From: Octopus sinensis
Lineage: Eukaryota
Direction: 5' to 3'
Assembly (NCBI RefSeq): GCF_006345805.1
Contig: NC_043003.1
Span: 77,004,001-77,068,000, forward strand
DNA length: 64,000 nt
Below, in pieces: positions 40,792-51,176 of the stretch. Positions within the stretch are counted from its first letter, which is position 1, and each line of letters begins with the position of its first letter. The translations under genes and the position numbers were made by a program. The notes below the pieces were generated by a model. That model made no database searches and was not told the origin of the DNA. It worked only from the letters and a program-made list of their open reading frames with translations.

Positions 40792-41527
40792 AATTCGTAG
40801 TAATTGTGTCTATTTGCGATGTCTGTTGTTTTATCGCATTGTTTCATTCATAATTTTTAAGTAGTGTTCGTTTTACCAAGTGAATATAATTTTTAATTCC
40901 ATTTATTCCATTTCTCCGTTCATATTTTAAGTGATGTCCGTTTTCTAGAGCGTGAATGTGGGTTGTATGTGTGTGTGTGTGTGGGAGTATGAATAAGTTT
41001 GTGTTGAAGTATTTAGCTATTTTATTTATTTATAGTTGCCTAGACGTTTTTATGTGTATGTATAGGGATATATATATAGGGGTGTGATTTAGTGTATGTA
41101 GTTAGATATGGTTATATATAATTAGGTATATGTGTATGGGTGTATATATAGTTTATTATTATATTATTATATTTTTTTTGTTTTTTTTATATTTTATTTT
41201 TATATTTTATATTTTATATTTAATTGTTGATAGGTTTATTTTAGTTATATATTGTTTATATATTGATTATATATGGATTATATATAGGTTATATATGGAT
41301 TATATATTTATATTTTTTCATTCATACTTTAATTATTTTAAAATTATTATTTTTATATTTTAAAATATTGATATTTTAGATTGGAAGTCCACCTGAAGAT
41401 TGTCGATCAAGACAAGAAACAATTGTAGTGGCGGTTTTTTGACTATTTGTTAAAATTTTATGTATTGATTAAGTCTTTCCTTGTTTGTTTTGCAAAATAG
41501 TGGTTTTGTCTCTAATAATATTTTATA
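40792..41527 (+). repeat. PLE pseudo-LTR, 5' copy
   Basis: Near-identical to 47086-47798; differences are mostly single-base indels and one AT-slippage block. Confidence 0.93.
41389..41431 (+). ncRNA. Minimal type-I hammerhead ribozyme
   Basis: CCAC-CTGAAGA-TTGTC-gatcaa-GACAA-GAAA-C-aatt-G-TA-GTGG: stem I 4 bp, intact core, stem II 5 bp, short stem III with palindromic ACAATTGT. Predicted cleavage after 41427. Confidence 0.88.
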
Positions 41528-41662
41528 ATATTTTACTATAAAATTGGATTTAATCCTAAATCTGATTTTTTCCCTGTAAATTTGGATTTATTCCCTAATA
41601 TTTATTATTATATAATATTGATAATTTTGTATATTGAGTGTAATACCTCAATTTCGTAAATT

Positions 41663-41944
41663 ATGGATTTTACAGGTAAGATAGAACCGCTGTTTTGGGA
41701 TTCATCTTTGAAAGATATTCCTATTCCTTCTAGAAAGGAATTTATCTTGAAACTTGTTAATAATGTTAAAGATTTTATTTCTAGAATTAAATGGAAAGCT
41801 TTTTACTATAATTTTTATTTATTTAATGATATCATAGTAGGAATGATAATTTTACCTCTAAATTTAAATCTAGAAAGGAACCTCCATTTAATAAAGAATT
41901 ACAATTACTTGAAGATAGTATATGAAGGTGGTAAAAAATATTGA
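41663..41944 (+). CDS. PLE ORF N-terminal segment (frameshifted from about 41815)
   Basis: SLKDIPIPSRKEFILKLVNNVKDFISRIKWKAF is a typical PLE N-terminus; homology continues in other frames (FKSRKEPPFNKEL; KVVKNIEF). Confidence 0.75.
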   Translation: MDFTGKIEPLFWDSSLKDIPIPSRKEFILKLVNNVKDFISRIKWKAFYYNFYLFNDIIVGMIILPLNLNLERNLHLIKNYNYLKIVYEGGKKY

Positions 41945-42010
41945 ATTCCATAAATACCCAAATAGAAAAATAATGAATATTTAAGGAATTTAGCAATTAA
42001 AATTAAAGAT

Positions 42011-43066
42011 ATGAGAAATATGGATGGTATTATAGTACAATCTGATAAAACAAGGAACCTATATAAATTAGATGTTAAATTATATGATAAACTATTAGGA
42101 AAAGAAATAATTAAAAAATATAAAATTGTTCCAGATGATATTCTTTATAATATTAATAAGGCCTCTAAAGTAGTAATGTTAAAATATGAGTTGGATAATA
42201 AAACTGAACCTTATGTACCTTTGCACCCCAGAATTACTCTTAAAGACCATAAAGATAATTTTTATTCAGACCCTAAAGTTAGATTAATTTGCCCATGTAA
42301 ATCGGACCTAGGTAAATTAAGTAAATTTATTTTAGATAAATATATTGATAAGTTAAATAAACTTAATTATTTAAAATTATGGTTTAGTAATAATAATACA
42401 TTGAAATGGTTTAATAATATTAAAGATAAAAATCGTTATAAATTTATTCAAATAGATATAGATAATTATTATTCTTCTATTAATGAAATTGTGTTTAATA
42501 AAGCGCTTATTTTCGCAATGAATAAAGTGGGTATGTCACGGGAAGAAGTTAATGTAATTAAAATGGCTAGGAAATCGCTAATTAAATATAAAAATAAATT
42601 ATGGGCTAGGAATGATACTAGAGATTGTTTTGATATACCTATGGGAGCACCAGATTCTGCACAAGCTACTGATTTAGTAGGTATTTTTCTTTTATCTGAA
42701 CTCCAATTAGAAAATCTTAAGATAGAGGGTGGTTTATATAGAGACGATCTTCTACTAGTTACAAAGAATTGTACTAATAGGAATCTAGAAGTATATAAGA
42801 AAAAACTATATAGTTTCTTTAAAAGATATGGTTTAAGTATTACTATATATAAGGAGAATTATAATGTTAATTATTTAGATGTTAATTTTAATCTTATTAC
42901 AGGTAAAACACAACCATATCATAAACTTAATGAGAACCTTAGATATATAAATGTTAATAGTAATCACCCATTTTCTATTAAAAAATCGTTGATTAATAAT
43001 ATAAGTAAACGTATTTCATTACTCTCTTATGATATAGAGATTTTTAATAAACATGCTAATTATTAA
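42011..43066 (+). CDS. PLE reverse transcriptase
   Basis: DPKVRLICPCKSDLGKLSK, FIQIDIDNYYSSI, FDIPMGAPDSAQATDLVG, GLYRDDLLLV, VNYLDVNF and YINVNSNHP. Confidence 0.93.
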   Translation: MRNMDGIIVQSDKTRNLYKLDVKLYDKLLGKEIIKKYKIVPDDILYNINKASKVVMLKYELDNKTEPYVPLHPRITLKDHKDNFYSDPKVRLICPCKSDLGKLSKFILDKYIDKLNKLNYLKLWFSNNNTLKWFNNIKDKNRYKFIQIDIDNYYSSINEIVFNKALIFAMNKVGMSREEVNVIKMARKSLIKYKNKLWARNDTRDCFDIPMGAPDSAQATDLVGIFLLSELQLENLKIEGGLYRDDLLLVTKNCTNRNLEVYKKKLYSFFKRYGLSITIYKENYNVNYLDVNFNLITGKTQPYHKLNENLRYINVNSNHPFSIKKSLINNISKRISLLSYDIEIFNKHANY

Positions 43067-43459
43067 TGAGGCCCTTAGAGGGGCAGGTTATAATAGGAAT
43101 ATTAAATTTTATAATATTAGTGATAAAGATTTAATTGATATTTTTCGAGATACTTCTAATAATAATTATAATTTTGTTAGGTTAGTGGTAAAAATAATAG
43201 ATATTATAAAAAAAATAATAAAAATGATAAAAATATAAATAAGAATAATAATAATAATAATAAATATTATAATAATAATAATAAATAAGAATAATAAAAA
43301 TTAAAATAAATTTAATAATTATTATAATAATTATATTGATAAAATTAATAATATTAATAATTCCTTAAATGCTGTACATAGATATAATTTTGATAATAAT
43401 TTTAATAAAATAAAGAATTATAAATATATTTATAATAATGATAATAATAATAAGGTTAT

Positions 43460-44173
43460 TAAGAATAAAATATGGTTAATAGTTCCTTATGGAGATCAAG
43501 TAAAAACGAATATTATTAAAGAGATTTTAGATGTTATAGAACTATTTATTAGAGATAATCGTAAATATAGAAACATTTTCTCTTTTAATAATTTTGGAGT
43601 TGGTTATTCTACCACTAATAATGTTGGTAACATTATTTCTTCATTTAATAAATATAAACTGAATAATTTTTATAAAAAGAAATTATTTGATAATAATATA
43701 ATAATGATAAGACTTATATTAATTGTACATGTAGAGATAAATCTAATTGTATATTAAATAATAATTGTGATATTAACGATGTAGTGTATAATGTATAGTT
43801 ACATTACATGATAATAACTTTAAGAATAATAATTACCCAAAAGCGGTTTATATAGGTTCTACTTCCTCAAATAAAACTAAGAATCGCACAACATATGAAT
43901 TCTTTTAAAAATAAAAACTTAATCAACTCAACCGGACTTAGTAAGTACATTTGGAGTCTTAAATCACTAAATATTAATTATAGTTTTATTTGGGAAATAA
44001 TTTGTAAAACTAAATCATATACTATAGGAGCTAATTGTTGTTATTTATGCTCTAATGAGTTTAAAGAAATTTTATTTTATAAGTATGATAATTTACTTAA
44101 TACTGGTGAAGAGCGCAAAATAAAGTGCAGACATAAGTTACTTTACCTATATAATAAGTTTCATGATAAATAG
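43460..44173 (+). CDS. PLE linker plus GIY-YIG endonuclease (frameshifted; last ORF 43895-44173)
   Basis: IWLIVPYGDQVKTNI..IISSFN, CTCRDKSNCILNNNC..VVYN, VYIGSTS, HMNSF..TGLSKYIWSLK..WEII..CYLC..E..LLN..CRH. Confidence 0.88.
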
Positions 44174-47085
44174 CAATAATAGTTCCCTATTAGGTTACTT
44201 TAGTTTAGTTTAAATTAGTTTAGATAATATATTTTTTGGTTATGTAGTCTAGGCTTTAATTATAGTTAGTCTTTATTGATATTTCTTTGTTTTAATTAGT
44301 TCATTTTTAATGTATATTAATATAACAGTTTATGGAATGTTAAAACTTTAAAAATTTATATTAGATTTTTTTATTTTCTTTATTTAATATTTTTTTATTT
44401 TTATTTTATTATGTATTTTTATTATGCATTTGTTATATGTATTTTGGAGGATATATTTATATGTTGATGGGTGTTATTTAGTGGTGTTTTTATTGAGTTT
44501 TGTATGTATGTGTGAATGTTTACGATCCCTTTGTTTTTTGTTTTTTATTTGGTATGTTGAATTGACAGATTTTATTTGGGTATTGTCTGTTATAATAAAG
44601 TATACACACCCATAACAAATATAAGTGCCCACTTCATTTGCGCGTACCTGGAATTGCATGTGAGCCTCAATATATACACTAAACGGCCACTCCCGCCCTA
44701 TACGGACAAATAAACACATACATCCCCAAAAATGGGCGTAATCCCACTCACACCAATCATATGTATACAATTATACACACTAGAATAATACATAACTAAC
44801 CCAAATATACAGAACATATTAAAAATCACCAACAAACCACCATCACAAATGAAACCTACACACCCACAATGACAAAACTCCCCCCTCTATACCCAATTTA
44901 CACCCACATAGCAATCCCAATATATTCATCCATACATGGACGCACGTGCGTGAAGCACATGCACACAATAATACGTACAACCCCCAATACACACTCATAT
45001 ACATACGTATCAAGCTCGACATCCACAGCAATACGCTTACACCCACTCACACCCAGATGGGTGAATTGCACAACCAGGGAACGCACACACACACGTGTGC
45101 GTATTTTGTGATTGTACAACTCGCCCATATGCATGTATGCGGCGCGATTACATTGTTGCACATATCGAGCCCAACTAGCATGCATATGTACATGTGAGGG
45201 GGTACACGTACATGCCGTGCGCGTGTACCCCCTGCATTTATACCCGTGCGTGAATATACACATGGAGACTACCACACAGGTACAAATGTGTATAGTAATG
45301 GGAGCCCCATCACTACACTCAATGTATACTCTCACCCATCCGCACGGATTGAAAGCGAATCTCCGGTGTATATGTTGAGGCTTATATGTAGCGCTGTGGA
45401 GTTGAACGTCGTTGAAATTGTGAATGAATGGGTGGAGTTGGGAATTGTAACCGGGTGGTGGGCTAGCGTTGCTTGGAATGGGAATGGAATAGTGTAGTAG
45501 TAAGGCAGGTATCGAGAATAGATTTGGGTTACTGCAAGTTGTTTGTTAGAGCTGCTAAGATGAGCTAAAGCTCATAATTGTATATAATAATTTATTATGG
45601 TAGTTTTATTAAAGAATCCATTCATAATAAATTTTGTTTAAGTAGTGTTGGTTTGCCACGTGGATATAGTTTTTAGTTCCATTTATTCTATTTCTCCATT
45701 CATAATTTTAAATGACGTTTACTTTCCATGGCGCGTATTCTTTTTTTTTTTTTTTTTTTTTACATAAGTTATATTTCTATGGTAACGTAATTTTGGTTTG
45801 GTTTTTTTAACGGCTAAGAATTTAATTTCACTTCATAATTTGAAACTGACTTGTAAGTATGTATTTTATTTTTCCTTATGTCATATTGTTATTTTTGATA
45901 TTCTGGTTAATTACGATGTATTTAATGTTGTTTTTTATTGGAGTGTTTATATATATGAGATTGTGTGTGAGTTTTTAGTTGTATAATTTATTTTCTGTAT
46001 GAGTGTGGGTGTGTAAATATTGTTGTATATATCGAGTTTAGTGAGTATGTATATGCGTATATGTGAGGGAGTATATGTATCTGTTGTGTGTGTGTGTTTT
46101 GCGTGTGTGTGTTTTTTGTGTGAATGTGTATATGGGTTTGTTATTTAGGTTTTGGGATGTATGTGTAATTTGTCTGTGTGGGGAGGGAGTGGGTTTTTGG
46201 TGTATATTGAGGTTTATAAGTTAGTATAGGTATGTGTATAAGTCGTGGGTCTGTGGTTTACGTGTGTGTTTTTTGTGTGTGAATGTTTAGGTTAGGGGGA
46301 TTGCTATATAGGTTTGTTATAGAGTTTAGCAAAGGGAGATTTTATCGTTATATGTTTTTAAGAGTTTTGGTTTATCATGGGTTTTTTTAGGGAATTCGTG
46401 GTAATTTGTCTATTTTCGATGTTGGTTGTTTTATTACATTGTTTCATTCATAATTTTTGAGTGGTGTTCGTTTTGCCACGTGAATTATTTTTAATTATTC
46501 CATTTATTCCATTTCTCCATTCATTATTTTAAAAGATGTTCGTTTCCAGAGCGGTTATACTTTTTATACATATGTTAAGTTCCTTGGTAAAGTATTTTGT
46601 TTGGTGTATATGTTGAGGCTTATATGTACTTGTGGGTGTGTGTGAGTGGGGTGGGTGTTTGTATTTGTTATGGGTGTGTGGTTTACGTGTGTGTATTTGT
46701 GTGTGAATGTATAGGTTAAGGGATTGCTATATAAGTATGTTATAGTGTTTAGTAAAGGGAGGTTTTATCATTATGTTTTGTGAGTTTTAGCTTATCATGG
46801 TAGTTTTATAAAAGAATCCATTCATAATTTTTGTGTTTATTTGTCTGTGTGGGGTTGAGTGGGTTTTGGAGTATATGTTGAGGTTTATATGTATGTATAG
46901 GTATGTGTAAGTGGTGTGGGTATTTGTATATGTCGTGGGTGTGTGGTTTACGTGTGTGTATTTGTGTGTGAATGTTTAGGTTAGGGGGATTGCTATATAG
47001 GTATGTTATAGAGTTTAGTAAAGGGAGATTTTATCATTATATGTTTTTATTAGAGTTTTTGTTTATCATGGTAGGTTTGTTAAGG

Positions 47086-47788
47086 AATTCGTAGTAATTT
47101 GTGTCTATTTGCGATGTCTGTTGTTTTATCGCATTGTTTCATTCATAATTTTTAAGTAGTGTTCGTTTTACCAAGTGAATATAATTTTTAATTCCATTTA
47201 TTCCATTTCTCCGTTCATAATTTTAAGTGATGTCCGTTTTCTAGAGCGTGAATGTGGGTTGTATGTGTGTGTGTGTGGGAGTATGAATAAGTATTGTGTT
47301 GAAGTATTTAGCTATTTTATTTATTTATAGTTGCCTAGACGTTTTTATGTGTATGTATAGGGATATATATATAGGGGTGTGATTTAGTGTATGTAGTTAG
47401 ATATGGTTATATATAATTAGGTATATGTGTATGGGTGTATATATAGTTTATTATTATATTATTATTTTTTGTTTTGTTTTATATTTTATATTTAATTGTT
47501 GATAGGTTTATTTTAGTTTATATATTGTTTATATATTGATTATATATGGATTATATATAGGTTATATATGGATTATATATTTATATTTTTCATTCATACT
47601 TTAATTATTTTAAAATTATTATTTTTATATTTTAAAATATTGATATTTTAGATTGGAAGTCCACCTGAAGATTGTCGATCAAGACAAGAAACAATTGTAG
47701 TGGCGGTTGTTTTGACTATTTATTAAATTTATGTATTGATTACGTCTTTCCTTGTTTGTTTTGCAAAATAGTGGTTTTGTCTCTAATA

Positions 47789-47798
<10 letters not shown>
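47086..47798 (+). repeat. PLE pseudo-LTR, 3' copy
   Basis: Direct repeat of 40792-41527, ending in (TA)n at 47799-47878. Confidence 0.93.
47661..47703 (+). ncRNA. Minimal type-I hammerhead ribozyme (second copy)
   Basis: Identical 43-nt motif to 41389-41431; predicted cleavage after 47699. Confidence 0.88.
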
Positions 47799-47878
<80 letters not shown>

Positions 47879-48899
47879 GTACACTAAGGATATGTTATGT
47901 GAAACAATCGCTTGAAATTTCATTTTGCGTACTGGTTTTTCCTTCTCTACATTTTTTTGTGGAACATTTAACTGATCCATGTGTCTAAGTGTGTGTGGGT
48001 GGAAGGGCGTGTATGTGTTTGTTTACAAATGAAAGAAAATGCAACAATAAACAGCCTTGGCGTATAAATATTTAATTTTTGCATTTGCAAATTTGTTTGT
48101 ACGTTGTAGTGTGCACGCTTGTTTGTGCGTATATACATATATACATACATACATATGTGTGAATGTGTATGCATTTGTACGTATGAATTATATATATGTG
48201 TATATATATATATGTATGTGTATATGTATATTTATATATCTCTGCATATATATATATGTGCATATATATGCATGTACATATATGTATATATAAACATATG
48301 TGTGTAAGTATAAGTATGTATGTATTTACGTATGTAATTATGCAGGTATTTGTTTATGCCTGCATGTATATGTATGTATGTGTTCTTATGCGTGTGCTTT
48401 TGTGATTTGCATCTCTCTAGGGATCTATTCCTCTATCTACCTCTTTATTTCTCTGTATTCCCTTCTCTCCTCCACCCACGCTTAAGCATATATGTATGTA
48501 TGTATATGTATGTATGTGTAATATATATATATATACATACATAATATATATATATATGTATGTGTAATATATACATATATACATATCATATATATATGTA
48601 TGTCTGTCGATTCTATTATATATTATATATATGTAATGTATGCAGGTGTATATACCTACTTATGTGCGTATTTTTGTTCATGCGCGTGGATATATGTAAT
48701 CACCTCTAGGATTAATTAGCGAAGCTCTGCATTGCCAATTTCGTTAATGTATTCAAATGTGCAGCTGCTAGATTGTGTGATAGAAAGTTGTGCTAATTAT
48801 CAATACCTAACTTTATTAAATTATTTCATCATTTTCTACTCTTTGCGTGGTTACGTTCCACAAGGTATAACAGTATACGTTCCCCGTTCCGGCTAAATA

Positions 48900-49470
48900 A
48901 TACACTAACCTACAAATACGCTAATCCACACCTACACAAATATATACTTGTACTACCCACACTAATATCAATCTACATTAGCACTAACCCACGTTTACAC
49001 TAGTACGCATTACACTAGCATGTACAGCCAACACATTAATCCATATTTACACTAATCCTCACTTATACTGATCTACAGTTACACTAACTCGCGTTACACT
49101 AACACACACATTGACCAATATCACACTAAGGCTAATTTCACTAACACACACCTTCAGTAATCCGCATTACTCTAATACATAATTGCACAGAACCAGGTTA
49201 CACAAACTCACAATAATACTAACCTACATTTATTTTGAGCCACAATTACACTAACCGAAGCTTACAGGTTACGTTCATCGGCAGGCTCATATTTCACAAA
49301 TATGCAATTATATTAAGTCACATACATTAACCCACACTTACATTAGACTGCATTAGATTAAAATATATATGAAAATATATTACAAAAACCCTTATTACAC
49401 TAGCCCACATTATTCTGATACCCACATTAATCCACACCATACTAACCATACTAACTCATACATTAAACTA
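48900..49470. repeat. Degenerate ~15-16-bp minisatellite (consensus about TTACACTAACCCACA)
   Basis: Recurrent (tt)acactaa(c/t)c motifs at about 15-16-bp spacing. Confidence 0.7.
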
Positions 49471-50791
49471 AACCCTAGGTTCTCAAAGTGGGGTCCGCGA
49501 TCTTCTAGAAGACTGTGAAGCGATTTTAGGGGACTGTGAAGCGACTCTGATTATCGGGCTTTATAAGACATTATTTGACCAAAAATGTGTTTACTGAACT
49601 GTGAGAATTCTTAAACCAAGTTGTCACAGAACAACCTTTAATGAGGACTTCAAATTGAAAGTCAGACAAGGCTTGCAAAAAACACCTTCACCACTACTGC
49701 AGTATACTTGTTGACATAACAACGGAGGCTGTATCCAAGAACCTGCCAGACAAGTGGAACCAGGTGTAAGTAGGTCATCATGGCCCTGAAAAAAACACTT
49801 AGTCTCATGACCTACATTAAAAGGTGGAAATGTTGCATTGAGAATGCACGCAGTTTATCTGATTATCCTCCTGTGATGAGATTTAATGAAGGATAAACCT
49901 ATCATCCACATTTCTCTTTGTGCTATTGACCTTATTGCATGATTTCTCTTGAGTGAATTTTTTTCTGGCCTAGTTATGCTGACTCAATTGCGTGACCTTT
50001 GTAACATATCTCTCGTTTGTAACCTCGAAGTCAACTCGACCAAAGAACCCTTTCTCTTAACGACACAATAACCTTAGTCATCCTTGACTACACACGTCTG
50101 GTCTGCCCATCAGTGCCTGAGTCTTTAATCTTCCGGAATTCAGTTAGTCCGGAATTCAGTTACGTGGTATTGACAAAGTTCATCATCACTATTATCACCG
50201 GCTTTTAGTTTTTCATCAGTATGTGACCACTCTCTGATCCTTTCCCCTTTTGCCCAAACCATTAAAGTACATTCAGTGTCCCCTTCATATAACGTGCATA
50301 CACATTTTCTTATCATACACGCATCACGCATAAAAAGCACAATGCACTTGGTTTTTCTCGAATACAGACGTATCTTCTTGCCAAAGTGTTAGTTTGCATT
50401 CTACTGAATTACTGGGATCGTTATAGGCTACTAAAAAATTCAGTTAGAAATTACTTGACCACCGTTTTGTGGACATTTCTTTTTCTGGTAACATCTCTCC
50501 GTGCTTATACATTGACACCGGTTGTTACCCCACTCGTTCCGGTAAGCCTTTTTTTTTTTAGTATTCATTTAACTGAGGTGACCAAATTTCAAACTCCAGA
50601 TAGCACTTTATCCGGATATTATCCGCAAACAATCGTAAAAAATCGTAGTGCCGAATATGATTTTTAACTGATGCATATTTATGATTTTGTGTGTGCATAT
50701 TTCCATGTTTGTCGTTCATTCAATTATTTCAAAATGCTTAATTAAGTAATGTACATTAAAAATGTCCGTCTTCAGGTTATAGCTCCATTAT

Positions 50792-51113
50792 GAGGGCGCG
50801 TGGCTTATTGGTTAGGGCATTCGGCTCATGATCGTAAGGTTGTGAGTTCGATTCCCGGCGACGCGTTGTGTCCTTGAGCAAGACACTTTATTTCACGTTG
50901 CTCCAGTCCACTCAGCTGGCAAAAATGAGTTGTACTTGTATTTCAAAGGGTCAGCCTTGTCATTCTCTGTGTCACGCTGATTATCCCCGAGAACTACGTT
51001 AAGGGTACACGTGTCTGTGGAATGCTCAGCCATTTGCAAGTTAATTTCACGAGCAAGCTGTTCCGTTGATCGTATCAGCTGGGACCCTCGTCGTCGTAAC
51101 CGGCGGCGGAGTC
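50792..51113 (+). mobile_element. SINE family A
   Basis: Near-identical to 561-885; imperfect TSD agctccatta / agctacatta. Confidence 0.92.
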
Positions 51114-51176
51114 TTTAAGCTACATTATATTACATTATATTATTACATTATATATTTTTTTTTTTTTGCCTTCAGA

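Larger units (their letters stand above)
40711..47798 (+). mobile_element. Penelope-like element (EN+), partial-tandem insertion with inverted terminal segment, in (TA)n
   Basis: RT and GIY-YIG coding remnants, direct repeats at 40792-41527 and 47086-47798, inverted repeat at 40711-40789 and 41528-41608, hammerhead motifs, and TA runs on both flanks. Confidence 0.95.

Noticed and set aside
45560-47240. Repeated blocks as a CRISPR-like array
   Set aside because: Eukaryotic context, long degenerate repeats of unequal length, no constant repeat-spacer periodicity and no cas genes.
50100-50340. 66-aa minus-strand ORF with faint RTE C-terminal resemblance
   Set aside because: Similarity is too weak to call by eye; needs a profile search.
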